From contig NIVC01001503.1 in the NCBI GenBank assembly GCA_002269645.1, positions 186,001 through 250,000 of the forward strand: 64,000 nt of DNA. Reading direction: 5' to 3'. Of the stretch, positions 51,423-64,000 are shown piece by piece (position 1 is the stretch's first letter; each line of letters opens with the position of its first letter). The notes below the pieces were generated by a model. That model ran no database searches. It saw nothing but the letters and a program-made list of their open reading frames with translations, and was not told where the DNA came from. The position numbers and the translations under genes were made by a program. This DNA is from Macrostomum lignano. Lineage: Eukaryota.

Positions 51423-54400
51423 TTAAAGTAGGTCGAAAAAATAATCCAAGCCCTGGCCAATCTCCCAGATTGAAAGGCCTGTTCCAAGACTTTTGGCAAG
51501 TTCAACCCTGGCTTGAATAGAAGCCAAAGTAGGGTAAGCTAGTACATGCGTACCGATGCCAGTGCTGAAAGTGGTAAGGCGTAGTTTTTAAGGTTTAATA
51601 GAGTAGAATCTTACATTTCGATAATGAAGTGCATGGAAAATTAAATATTGTTTACTTTCCACTTCTCTGTAGGCTAAATATATGTTTGAATGAAATACTC
51701 CTCCATATTGTGGACCTGCATGTGTGTCTCTGGACTATTTCCTGTCTATGGTCAGCATTTTCTGTCTAAGGTCTGCATTTCCTGTCTATGGACAATTTCC
51801 TGTCTATGGTCTGCATTTCCTGTTTATGGACAATTTCCTGTCTTTGGTCAGCATTTCCTGTCTATGGACAATTTCCTGTCTTTGGTCAGCATTTCCTGTC
51901 TATGGAAAATTTCCTGTCTTTGGTCAGCATTCCCTGTCTATGGACAATTTCCTGTCTATAGTCAGCATTTCCTGTCTAAGGTCTGCATTTCCTGTCTATG
52001 GACAATTTCCTGTCTATGGCCTGCATTTCCTGTCTATGGTCAGCATTTCCTGTCTAAGGTCTGCATTTCCTGCCTTTGGTCAGCATTTCCTGTCTAAGGT
52101 CTGCATTTCCTGTCTATGGATAATTTCCTGTCTATGGTCAGCATTTCCTGTCTATGGTCTGCATTTCCTGTCTATGGACAATGTCCTGTCTATGGTCTGC
52201 ATTTCCTGTCTATGGACAATGTCCTGTCTATAGTCTGCATTTCCTGTCTATGGTCTGCATTTCCTGTCTATGGTCTGCATTTCTTGTCTACATGTATGGA
52301 TGGGACTGGATTTTCCTGTCTTTGGTCAGCATTACCTGTCTATGGACAATTTTCTGTCTATGGTCTGTATTTCCTGTCTATAGTCTGCATTTCCTGTCTA
52401 TGATCTGCATTTCCTGTCTATCGTCTGCATTTTCTGTCTATGGGACTGGATTTTCCGGTCAATGGATAGCGTTTCCTGTCTATGGTCTGCATTTTCTGTC
52501 TATGGGATTGGATTTTCCGGTCAATAGATAGCGTTTCCTGTCTATGATCTGCATTTCCTGTCTATGATCTGCATTTACTGTCTATGGTCTGCATTTCCTG
52601 TCTATGATCTGCATTTTCTGTCTATGGGATTGGATTTTCCGGTCAATAGATAGCGTTTCCTGTCTATGATCTGCATTTCCTGTCTATGATCTGCATTTCC
52701 TGTCTATGGTCTGTATTTCCTGTCTATGGTCAGCATTTCCTGTCTATGGTCTGCATTTCCTGTCTATGATCTGCATTTCCTGTCTATCGTCTGCATTTTC
52801 TGTCTATGGGACTGGATTTTCCGGTCAATGGATAGCATTCCCTGTCTATGGTCTGCATTTTCTGTCTATGGGACTGGATTTTCCGGTCAATGGATAGCGT
52901 TTCCTGTCTATGGACTGAATTTCCTGTTCCTGGACTGAATTATGGACTGAGCTATCATAACTATAACTATTATCTATAGACGGGAGAGGGATAGATAATT
53001 TTGTCTCCCGTCCATAGACTGGACAGGATGTTTGCCAATTAAAGCATGTATGTAGCAAACTGCTAGATAATAGAGAATGCAGTAAACTTACGAATACTCT
53101 AAGAAGTGTTCCTTATACTCGGAGCTCCATTGCAAATCGGGTCGGTGCTTTTTGAGTATCTCCAAGTACTTAGATCCAATCACCGGTTCAACATTGCCAG
53201 GCACAAAATCGTAGCCGAAGAAGTTAAGGCCCAGCAGGATTTTAGCCCGAAGTGGGCTAGCCGAATCCGGCACGAGATTTTCAACGCAGAGCCGCATCCA
53301 AGTCACGGGAGCGTTGGGCGCCGCTTGGTTTAGGCCAGAGTTTTGAGCAAAATCGTACGTCATCAATGAGAAATAGTCAACCGAGGCGCTCAACGCGTCG
53401 AAGTCAGTCTTGGAGAATACAGTGGACGCTTGGCTGTAAATGTGTGTGAGGTTGACGTAATTCAATTGAGTTCAATGCTACACGAAAATCGTACACATTA
53501 AATTAGGTACAAGTAAAAAATGCAGTACGATTCTTGGAACTCAATGACCGATGAGCCATGGCTACTAATTTCAAACTAATTTCGGTGTCACGGTACCTAG
53601 GCCAAGAAGCGTCCCAGAGTAACCTTTGCGTCGCCCCAGAGTCGTCGAAGGTAACACATGTAAAATAGGAAAGAACAAAGAAGTGACTCTAAGACGACTC
53701 TAAAACGACGATGTGTCACGGTACAAGTCGCTAAAAAACTCATCAAATAGACGCCTTAAAAGTCAGTTTGAGGTTTCTCCAAAGCGGATAGCGAATAGTA
53801 GCGGATAAGCGGATAACTATCCAAAGCGGATCTCCACTGTGAAGCCCGGCTGCTCCCCGTCCGACAGCATAAGTGCCTCCTTTCGCTCCAGTTTAAACTT
53901 CGTACCAAGTTTAAACGGTGACCCACCTGTTCAGCTGCCCCGCAAACCCGACACTCACATAACAGCTGTCTGTTATGCGAGATTTATGAGCCAAGTCGAT
54001 CGAGGTGTCCGCTTCTTTGGAATCGGCCGCCCTACCGACAGGCGGAGACCCCGGCCATGTGTTAATACGCACAGTCGCTTGAGTTGTTACTTGTTTAAAT
54101 TAGAAATAAATTACTTACTTATGCAGCAAAGGCGGCGGCACAACCAGAATCAGTAGCTGACCATTTTCGTGCATGTCTTCCGCAAGGTGCCTAACAAAAT
54201 GCGCCAATTCTTTGTTCCTGTGGCCGCCAAGCATCGACCAGACCTCAAGCACGGCGCCGTCGAAGCTGTACTTCTTTAGAAAGTTTACAACAGTCTGAGC
54301 GCAGCCGTTAGCCACGTATTGATTGGTTAGCAGCCGGTGAAAATCTTGCGAAGTCCACGACTCAAAAATAATGCGCGGCACAATGGCAACCTTGCGGGCG

Positions 54401-56373
54401 GACTTGACAGCACGAATCCAGCCTGCGAATTTCAAAGAAGCAGACAAGTAAATGCATGCATATTACATATTGTGATAACAACATACATGTAGCAGCAGTC
54501 AAAAGCTTGCTTTAAAAGCGCAAATATCTATGGAGTAAAAAGGCGTCGGTTCTAAGATATCCAGGACAGGCGGAGGACACAATCGACTAAATATCAGGAC
54601 AGGACAGATGGTGCACACAGTCCAACAAACGTGTAGTGATCCGCTAGTTGGTGTTAGGCGTCGCACATTGTCAGCAGTCGCCCTTGCCCTCGCCCTCGCC
54701 CTGGGTTGCTGTCTGCCGCTGGTCAGCTTCCTGCCTCCCTCCTTTTGTCTGTCTGTTGCTGCTCCCTTCCCTCGTTTTGCCCGTTCTGCCCCTTGTTTCT
54801 CAGCCCTCAGCTTCTCTGCTGTGGGCTGTCTCTGTTTCGCTCGGTCTTTGTTTCCCCTGTCATGTGAGCGAGTCACATGACAGATCCTCTGTTCTTTGAG
54901 TCCTAAAGTGCAGTAAACATGTTTACTGCACTTGTTGGCCCTGTTTACCGGGAGAGTCACATGCTTTCGGCCCCCTCCCTTTTCTAAGGAGAGGAGTGAC
55001 TCATGTTGCTAAAAATAGCAACTGAGTCACAGCCATGTGCACTCTGCCGGGAGACCCTCAAGTGACGTCAGTTCTAAAAATAGAACAAGTCACGAGGTCT
55101 TCCGCGCGCTTGTACCCTGCCCGAGACTCTCGAGTGACGTCAGTTCTAAAAATAGAACAAGTCACGAGGTCTTGTGCGCGGTGTTTTCCGGCTATAAATA
55201 GGACCCCTCTCCCCTTGTTTCCGTCAAGGAGTTTTCAGCTTTGTGTCAGTTTCTGCTTGGTGTCTGTTCTGTCCAACCTCGAGTTCCACGTCCGCGTGTG
55301 ACTAAGTCCTCAGTGTTCGAGTCTTTGCGTACATTGATTCTGTTCCTATTGATCCGACTGAGACCCGACCAAGCCAACCCAAGCCTACGAGAGGCTAACT
55401 CAGCCCTCCCTCTACCATCCTAGCCCGGCAGGTACTGCTGACGAGACGCCTTGTACGTTGCGCTCTAAAATCTGCACGCTGTGCTGTGTTCGTTGACTTC
55501 ATTATTTCGTTCCGACGGGAAGCTCACCTCACCGAAGGCCGAGACCTGAAGGAACTGGTGGCAGCACTACCTACGCTACTAAAGTTAAGAAGGCTTCTAA
55601 GTGAGAGGACGGAGCCCAAGTCACTGCGCTGTACAGCAGGACAACCACAGGTACAACAAACGTCAGGACAGATAGAAGACACGATTCATTAAACACAGGG
55701 CAGGTGGAGGTGGAGGACACAATGCACTAAACACAGGGCAGGTGGAGGACACAATGCACTAAACACAGCGCAGATGGAGGTCACATCAATGAAATGCAGT
55801 GACTCACCCTGGTCAATGTCGTGGTCGCCAGTGATGACAAAACCAGTTTCAGACTTTCCTGGCCTTAGCTGCAGCCAAACAGGCGATACAAATGAAAACT
55901 TTGGTCCAAACGTTTTTGCATGATCATAGCCTTTTGAGTTCCACTGTGGGTTAATTAGTACCAAAAGTCACAATAAAGTTTACACTTTTAGCAGAATAGA
56001 ATAACCAAATAAGCTCACAGGTGTTACATAGGCCAGAGTAGCCAGTGGGAATAGTTTAGTCTTGGCGTGGGCATGTGAGTAGGACAAGTGATTGTGAAGA
56101 ATGTCCTTGTAGCTTGGATTCTCGGTAACAAGGTTGCGCTGGGTGACCAGTGAATCAGCTGGAGGCACAGTCTGAATCAATAAGATTTAATGATTTTTTG
56201 TTTTAACATTTAAACCATGACCAATGAGTTATTGCAAATTTAAAACCATGCAAATAAAATACTCATACCACATCCACTGTTGACTTCTTTTTCTTCTTGT
56301 CAGTCTTTGACAAAGTTGAGTCAAGTTGGGGCACTAATGTTAATATTAAAATCAGGCATACTATAGCCTTCAT
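51423..56373 (-). CDS. CHID1: Chitinase domain-containing protein 1 (SI-CLP, inactive GH18), 6 exons: 56269-56373, 56019-56171, 55808-55943, 54119-54422, 53092-53433, 51423-51564 (~393 aa)
   Basis: Signal peptide + [14 protein letters not shown]|WNSKGYD, SPVWLQL, DIDQG|[10 protein letters not shown] (no DxDxE), [25 protein letters not shown]…[17 protein letters not shown]. Splice phases are consistent (0,0,1,2,2). Confidence 0.93.
51735..52930. repeat. ~21-bp degenerate satellite (tttcctgtctatggtctgca-type) in CHID1 intron 5
   Basis: Directly visible. Confidence 0.92.
54997..55201 (+). promoter_or_regulatory. LTR-U3-like promoter/enhancer: 2x AP-1, 2x full CRE, 3x MEF2 and a composite MEF2/TATA; antisense within CHID1 intron 3
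   Basis: TGACTCA 54997, TGAGTCA 55023, TGACGTCA 55063 and 55135 (72-bp direct repeat), CTAAAAATAG 55009/55074/55146, CTATAAATAG 55192. Confidence 0.55.
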
Positions 56374-57717
56374 CTTTATTGTCAGAAAGTTTTTAAAAAG
56401 AAGGCAAATTGCTTTGAAAGTCGCAACAATCAATACCAAATTTGCCTATAAATCCACTGTATTAAAAATTTAGCTAAATGGCAAATAGCCATCCAACACA
56501 TTTTCAAAGTGACCTTACATTTTTATGAGATAGCGCTTGGTATATTGTGGCCCTTGGTATATAGCAGATTTTTAAAAAAAACAGACAAAGGAAACAAAAT
56601 TTATTAAAAAATGTAGCAGGAGTTTGACCATAGGGTAAGGGGATAGGGTAAGTCAACAAGTTAGCAAAATTTTGAAGTGGAAGCTGACTAATGTATAAAA
56701 ATGTATAAAATGTATAAAATAACTGTGGTAAATGACTACTAGACCCATGAGCCAATGAAAATTGCACATAAATATAGGCTGCATTATGCCTTATCCCCCC
56801 AAAGGGTATAAATCATATTCCTATAAGCAATATGTAAATGCACATCTATGATTTTTTGTGTAGCAGAGGTAAAAAAGAAATGAAGCTAAAGCCCAGTAGA
56901 AAAATATTCTACTGCTTCAAAAGTTTTTTGCACTTAAGCACAAGTACTTTCACTACTTTCTACTAGCTTGTTGAATTACTATAAGTCAATGGCCAAGTTT
57001 GTGAACATTTCTGCTTATAAGTTTTGATTCTATGTTCTGGTTTTTTAAAATATTAGAATTATTATAAAAATGAGAGTTGCAGCTAGAAATTTGTAAGTTA
57101 GAAAAATATTTTTATCTAAAATAATGATAATCTTTTCCTATATACTAAAAATGAAATGTCTGTAACTAACTAGCTATGCGATAGATTTCAGAAAAAATGG
57201 CTCAACCGATTTTCTTCAAACTTGCACCATTCGATCAGAAATTTTCCTGGGACGGTACATGCATCTTGGCTAAGAAATTGCTCAATGTTAAAGGGATTAA
57301 ATATTCGAAAAACATGCTTTTTTGCAAAGGTCAAGCCAAATTTTTGACTTGAAATGAATTGTAAGAATGCTAGAGAAAAAACTGACTGGCTGAATTACGA
57401 TTGTGATAAAGATTGCATCACAACAAGTTGAAAACAGTGCCACAGAAACGCACACAAGACTTCATTGAAATTGCGTAACCATATTGCTAACTTGAATTCA
57501 GACTGATACTGGCTGACTGAGAAATTGATTATGTCATAACTTTTTACTCTAACTGACTTGCTATAAGAATTTATTATAGGGCCACAATTCAAGTTCTCCA
57601 ATTGAAAAGAGATAGCTGGATGCAAACAGACTGGAATGCTAATGTAGCGACCTTGGTTCGAATCTTAGTAGTGAAAAATGTTTTTTTTATTAAAACACCT
57701 TAAAAACACAAAATTCT

Positions 57718-59935
57718 AAACATTAAAGAGCCACCATTTCAAACATTAAAGAGCCACAATGTCAAACATTAAAGAGCCACCATTTCAAACATTAAAGAGC
57801 CACAATGTCAAACATTAAAGAGCCACCATTTCAAACCTAAAAGAGCCACCATGTCGAACATTAAAGAGCCACCATGTCGAACATAAAAGAGCCACCATAT
57901 CAAACATAAAAGAGTTACCATGTCAAACATTAAAGAGCCACCATGTCGAACATTAAAGAGCCACAATGTCAAACATTAAAGAGCCACCATTTCAAACCTA
58001 AAAGAGCCACCATGTCGAACAATAAAAAGCCACCATGTCAAACATTAAAAAGCCACCATGTCAAACATTAAAGAGACACCATTTCAAACCTAAAAGAGTT
58101 ACCATGTCAAACATTAAAGAGCCGCCATGTCAAACATAAAACAGACACCATTAAGAACATTAAAGAGCCACCATGTCGAACATTAAAGAGCCACCATGTC
58201 AAACATAAAACAGCCACCATTTCGAAAATTAAAGAGCCACCATTTTAAACATTAAAGAGCCACCTTATCAAACATTAAAGAGCCACCATGTCGAACATAA
58301 AAGAGCCACCATGTAGAACATAAAAGAGTCACCATGTCAAACATTAAAGAGCCACCATGTAAAACATTAAAGAGCCACCATGTCGAACATAAAAGAGGTA
58401 CCATGTCAAACATTAAAGACCCACCAGGTCAAACATGAAAGTGCCACCATGTCAAATATTAAAAAGCCACCATGTCAAACATTAAAGAGCCACCAGGTCA
58501 AACATAAAAGTGCCACCATATAAAACATTAAAGAGCCACCATGTCAAACATTAAAGAGCCACCAGGTCAAACATATACATGACTCCATGTCAAACATTAA
58601 AGAGCCACCGTGTAGAACATAAAAGGGCCACCATGTCAAATATTAAAGAGCCACCATGTAAAACATTAAAGAGCCACCATGTCGAACATTTAAGAACCAC
58701 CATGTCAAACATAAAATAGCCACCATGTGAAACATATAGGTAACTCCATGTAAAACATTAAAGAGCTACCATATCAGACATATACATGACTCCATGTCAA
58801 ACATATACGTGACTCCATGTTAGACATTAAAGAGCCACCATGTCGAACATTAAAGAGCCAACGTGTTAAAAATACAAGAGCCACCATGTCAAACATATAC
58901 ATGACTCCATGTCAAACATTGAAGAGACACCATGTCGAACATAAAAGAGCCACCATGCAAAACATAAAAGAGCCACCAGGTCTAACATTAAAGAGCCACC
59001 ATGGCAAACATATACATGACTCTATGTCGAACAATCAAGAGCCACCATGTCAAACATTTAAGAGCCACCAGGTCAAACATGAAAGTGCCACCATGTAAAA
59101 CATTAAAGAGCCACCATGTCAAACATATACGTAACTCCATGTCAAACATTGAAGAGACCCCATGTCAAACATTAAAGAGCCACCACGTCGAACATAAAAG
59201 AGCCACCATGTAAAACATATACGTAACTCCATGTCAAACATTGAAGCAACACCATGTCGAACATAAAAGAGCCACCATGTCGAACAGTAAAGAGCCACCA
59301 TGTCGAACATTAAAGAGCCACCATGTCGAACTTTAAAGAGCTACCATGTCAAACATTAAAGAGCCACCATGTTAAACATAAAAGAGCCATCATGTCAAAC
59401 ATATAAGTGACTTTATGTCGAAAATTAAAGAGCCACCATGTCTAACATTAAAGAGCCACCATGTCCAACATTAAAGAGCCACCATGTCAAAAATTAAAGA
59501 GCCACCATGTCTATCATTGAAGAGCCATCATGTCAAACATTAAAGAGCTACTTTGTCTAACATTAAAGAGCCACCATGTCAAACATTAAAGAGCCACCAT
59601 GTCAAACATTAAAGAGCCACCATGTCAAACATAAAAGAGCCACCTTTTTGAACATTAAAGAGCCACCATTTCGAACATTAAAGAGCCACCATGTCAAACA
59701 TAATAGAGCCACCATGTCAAACATTAAAAAGCCACTTTGTCAAACATAGAAGAGCCCCCATGTCAAACATAGAAGAGCCCCCATGTCAAACATAGAAGAG
59801 CCCCCATGTCAAACATAGAAGAGCCACTATGTCAGACATTGAAAAGCCACCGTATCAAACATAAAAGAGTTACCATGTACGAGCGTAGAACATAAAAGAG
59901 CCACCCTGTTAAACATAAAAGATACACAATTTCAA
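57718..59935. repeat. ~23-bp degenerate satellite (aaagagccaccatgtc(a/g)aacatt), ~2.2 kb
   Basis: Directly visible. Confidence 0.95.
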
Positions 59936-60014
59936 ACGTAAAAGTAAGCGAATTTTAAAGGAGCCGCTATAATGCTAAGGAAATTGTCGCACTAGCTACT
60001 TATTGTCTGGTGGA

Positions 60015-60912
60015 TGCTTGCTATTTGGGGATGCTATCTATCTTGGGGATGCTTGCTATCTGGGGGATGCTATCTATCTTGGGGATGCTTGCTATCTGGG
60101 GGATGCTTGCTATCTGGGGGATGCTTGCTATCTGGGGGATGCTTGCTATCTGAGGGATGCTTGCTATCTGGGGGATGCTTGCAATCTGGGGGATGCTTGC
60201 TATCTTGGGGATGCTTGCTATCTTGGGGATGCTTGCTATCTTGGGGATGCTTGCTATCTGGGGGATGCTTGCTATCTGGGGGATGCTTGCTATCTGGGGG
60301 ATGCTTGCTATCTGGGGGATGCTTGCTATCTTGGGGATGCTTGCTATCTGGGGGATGCTTGCTATCTGGGGGATGCTTGCTATCTGAGGAATGCTTGCTA
60401 TCTGGGGGTGCTTGCAATCTGGGGGATGCTTGCTATCTTGGGGATGCTTGCTATCTTGGGGATGCTTGCTATCTGGGGGATGCTTGCTATCTGAGGGATG
60501 CTTGCTATCTTGGGGATGCTTGCTATCTGGGGGATGCTTGCTATCTGGGGGATGCTTGCTATCTTGGGGATGCTTGCTATCTGGGGGATGCTTGCTATCT
60601 GGGGGATGCTTGCTATCTGGGGGATGCTTGCTATCTGGGGATGCTTGCTATCTGGGGGATGCTTGCTATCTGGGGGATGCTTGCTATCTGGGGGATGCTT
60701 GCTATCTGGGGGATGCTTGCTATCTGGGGTATGCTTGCTATCTGGGGGATGCTTGCTATCTGGGTGGATGCTTGCTATCTGGGGGGATGCTTGCTATCTG
60801 GGGGATGCTTGCTATCTGGGGGATGCTTGCAATCTGGGGGATGCTTGCTATCTGGGGGATGCTTGCTATCTGGGGATGCTTGCTATCTGGGGGATGCTTG
60901 CAGTCTTGGGAT
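60015..60912. repeat. 18-bp G-rich minisatellite (tgggggatgcttgctatc), ~50 copies
   Basis: Directly visible. Confidence 0.96.
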
Positions 60913-61059
60913 GATTTCTTTTTGCAATGCACTTCATTTGAGCAGTTTGTCTGTTGTCTTTTTGAAGGATTTTTGGCTGTCTTTTTGTTACTTGTAGAAA
61001 ACAGAGATTCTATCCAGATGTCCCCCATCGGGGGGCGAAGATTGCTAGTATATAACTAC

Positions 61060-61580
61060 TTGTACAACAACTGCCTATGTGACAACTGCCTGCATGACAA
61101 TTGACTGCAATAACAACTAACTGCTAAGACAACTGCCTGTAGCAACAACTGCCTGCACAACAATTGCCTATATAACAGTTGTTTCCAGCTGATTGTGGAG
61201 ACAACTAGCTGCTAGCTGAGCTTATTCAGCAACTCAGAATGCAACACCATAGTTATTAGTAGCAACTAGAAAAAAAAAATAAAATACCAAACAGAAATAA
61301 AGAACAGGTTTTAGTGTAATTAATTCAAAAGTATATTATTAAATATATTTATATTTAATTGTACAATTCTAAATCAATAGAAACTATTTGCTACTACTAT
61401 AGTACATTGGTTCCCTTAATTATTAACTTGAACAAAAGCAATAGGGAATACACACATACAAACAAAGTCATTGCTGCAGGCAAGTTGTTGCACAATTGTC
61501 TTAGCACTTGTTAGCAGTCAATTTTCACTGCAGGCAGTTGTTATGCAGGCAATTATTGTATAGGTAATTGTTGTGCTATC
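61060..61580. mobile_element. Degenerate fold-back/MITE-like element with ~100-bp inverted arms made of caactgcct-like repeats
   Basis: The arm at ~61060-61160 matches the reverse complement of ~61476-61580 imperfectly; no TSD seen. Confidence 0.4.
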
Positions 61581-61778
61581 ATTTTAAACATGTTCAATTA
61601 TATAGGCATACCAATGGATTTGTTTATCTAGGGCCTATATTGGATGCCATCTATATAGACTCTTATTTGCTTTTTAAAGAAAGGAATCAAATAAGCTAGG
61701 TGTAACTTAAGGGATTTTTTATTTAGACATTGTCATATTGGATACAAAACAAGGCAGGCATAAATCTATATCTATAAA

Positions 61779-63781
61779 TTGAGATTGGGCACATTGCTAT
61801 CTCAAAGGGTTGCAACCTTCCTGCATCCTGCTGCCATTCTGTGCCAAGACCCACTACTTCCCTCTACTGCACGCACACACAAACCCACAGCACACACACA
61901 GGCAGGCTTTGCACAGGGAGAGGCCATTAGCTTACCCAAACTTCCTTATGCTTTGCCACCCAGGGAGAAAGGCTTAGCAAGCCATAAGTGAAATGATAGT
62001 GAAAGTGTGAATAATGAGGAGTTTAGTAATGGTTATTAATTAGGACCTTAGGCAAAATAAACAGGCAAATAGGCGGCTTCACTTTTGAGTAAATATAGCA
62101 AAGATATATAGTAACACAATTGGCTCAGCTCTCTAATCAAGCAATGGGAAATCAGCAAACCATGGATAAGCAAAGGCAATTAAAGCACAAATTAGTACAG
62201 GCTCACTGGCAGCTACACAGAGAGAAAGAGCAATGGAGTGACTGAGGGTAGCTGTTGGCTATAGACAGGCAGGACATGAAATGGCAATGCACTAAAGAGA
62301 TGAGGCACTAATATAGCTCTGGCAATGCTGAGGATGCTGGGTGGTATCAGACCATGGGTCAGCAGATGAGCTTGTTTGGGGAGCTAAAGGAACTTGGCGG
62401 TATCAGACTGTAGACTGGCAGAGGTTTGTCCTATAGACAAATGGTTCAGAACAATGTCTGACAGCAAATCCAAAGATAGGACAAGAAGAAAAGCATTTGT
62501 GAAGGTCAAAGCAATGTCTGATAGCAAGTCCATATAAGGACCACTTCAGAGATGTCTGAGAGTTCTTATGCTAAAGACTGCTTCCTTGAATAGGCCTCAC
62601 AGCCGCCATTTCAAGGTTGTTTCCATGACTCCCTCTCTCTGATTGGCTGCCAGAGAAATGATATCAGAATGAGCCATGATGAGAAACATGAGAATGCCAT
62701 AGCAACATGAGAAATGGAGAAATTGCACAATCTGGAGGTGGGGTAAGTGGATAATAAGCATGCTTAGGCATAACCTAGGGATTCACATAGCCATTTCTAT
62801 TAGCAACACACACACGTAAGTCGCTATTGGACAGAATAGTAGTTGCATGACTGCTCTCAGCCAATAGTGACTTATATATGTATGCTGCCAATAGAAATGG
62901 CCAAGTGATTCCCAAGGTTGCGCATGTATGATAATGAGCACAGCGGGGGGTTGAGAAAGTATTATACAAGCAAGCATTGAGAACAATGGGGCCCAAGTCA
63001 AGAACAAAAGAAATTGAAATTGGGGATAGTTGGGAAAAACTGAGAACAATAGAAAAGTAAACATTGGAGAAAAGGTGAAGTCAAGGTGCAGCTAATTGGT
63101 GCAGCTAATTGGGTGCAAAAAGGAAAACAATAGGGCCTAGAAAGAGAAAATCTGGGAAAATATGATAATTAGGTACAAAAATGAGAACAAAAAATAAAAA
63201 ACAAGAACAATAGAAGTGGAGGTACAGTGGGTGTCACATGAGAAATCTAAAAGAGAAAAATATTGTGAGAAAAGGTTGCACAAGAGAGGGTGATAAGTCA
63301 ATGGGGTGAAGGAGAGGTCAGAAGGCTTGCGTTACTATTTGGGATTCTAGAAGGAGATAGGGCAACAATAAGCACAAGAAATACTATAAGTAAGCATAGG
63401 ATGAGAAGGGGACAGCGTAAGAAAAATGGGCTAAAATGAGACAAAAAAGATGGGAAACAGGAGAAGTACATGATAGTTGGGGTAGAGCATATTGGAAACA
63501 GAAAAGTGGATGAGGTGCAAAAAGAAAAGGGAGCTCCAGAAAGGCACATGTAGCTGAGTGGGAGATGGAACCAAGATAGCAAGGGGATGCAATAGAGCAG
63601 GAGTTAGTTGGGCTAGTCAGGGACTTGACTTAGTCTTGACAGCTCTGCCTAGTAGATACATGGAGGTTGGAAGTACTTTTAAAAAAGTTTCCCCTAGTAG
63701 ACCCTATGACCAGAGTGTGGTTATATCAAATAAATGAATAATAAAATAATTTACATTGTTAATATATGTGCCCAATCTCAA
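61779..63781. mobile_element. Possible old ~2-kb TIR element, strongly CpG-depleted
   Basis: 16-bp inverted repeat TTGAGATTGGGCACAT / ATGTGCCCAATCTCAA at the ends; no intact ORF and no clear TSD. Confidence 0.3.
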
Positions 63782-64000
63782 AATTTCATTTTCACCCATC
63801 TAGTGTGATTTAGTTTTGTCTAGATTTGCAACTTAGTTCCTCTGCATTGCAATTTAGCTCTTTTAAATTGCAACTTGGTTTCCTCAATTGACTTAATTTT
63901 CATTTTGTATATGACTTTTCTTGCCTTTTTTTCTTTTTTTCTTCTCTTTCCCCTTTTTCTCTTTTTCTTTTTTTCCTTTTCTCTTCTTCTCCTTTCTTTC

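Noticed and set aside
57610-57690. tRNA or tRNA-derived SINE (GGTTCGAATC B-box at ~57656)
   Set aside because: No cloverleaf and only a weak A-box; at most a decayed SINE head.

Overview
Eukaryotic (metazoan) genomic DNA with spliceosomal GT-AG introns. The GC-rich, intron-poor genes separated by more than 20 unrelated mini/microsatellite arrays (roughly a quarter of the window) resemble a free-living flatworm such as Macrostomum; this is inference only. Genes reconstructed by hand: MFS/SLC16-like transporter (-), cytosolic sulfotransferase (+, 1-nt frameshift), 4-exon KLHL10-like BTB-BACK-Kelch gene (-), FaNaC-like DEG/ENaC channel with a broken pore region (-), 5-exon sestrin (-), 6-exon CHID1 (-), plus several orphan exons or short ORFs. 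Mobile DNA: two Merlin-like MITEs (GG..CC TIRs, 8-bp TSDs), a Tc1 fold-back element built from two left ends, a dead Ty3/Gypsy pol fragment, a hairpin-ended putative Crypton-like element, and an LTR-like promoter block. Most interesting signals: (i) two dispersed ~64-nt copies of the same 28S rRNA segment (H69-H71, the R2/I-PpoI/Pokey target), both altered at the cut site and one antisense inside a 130-nt sestrin intron; (ii) a 45-bp minisatellite that is a tandem amplification of the MFS gene's own 3' splice acceptor, in which only the last copy is productive; (iii) a MEF2/CRE/AP-1/TATA cluster antisense in a CHID1 intron; (iv) strong local CpG depletion in the right-hand part. All coordinates were read by eye and were not computed.
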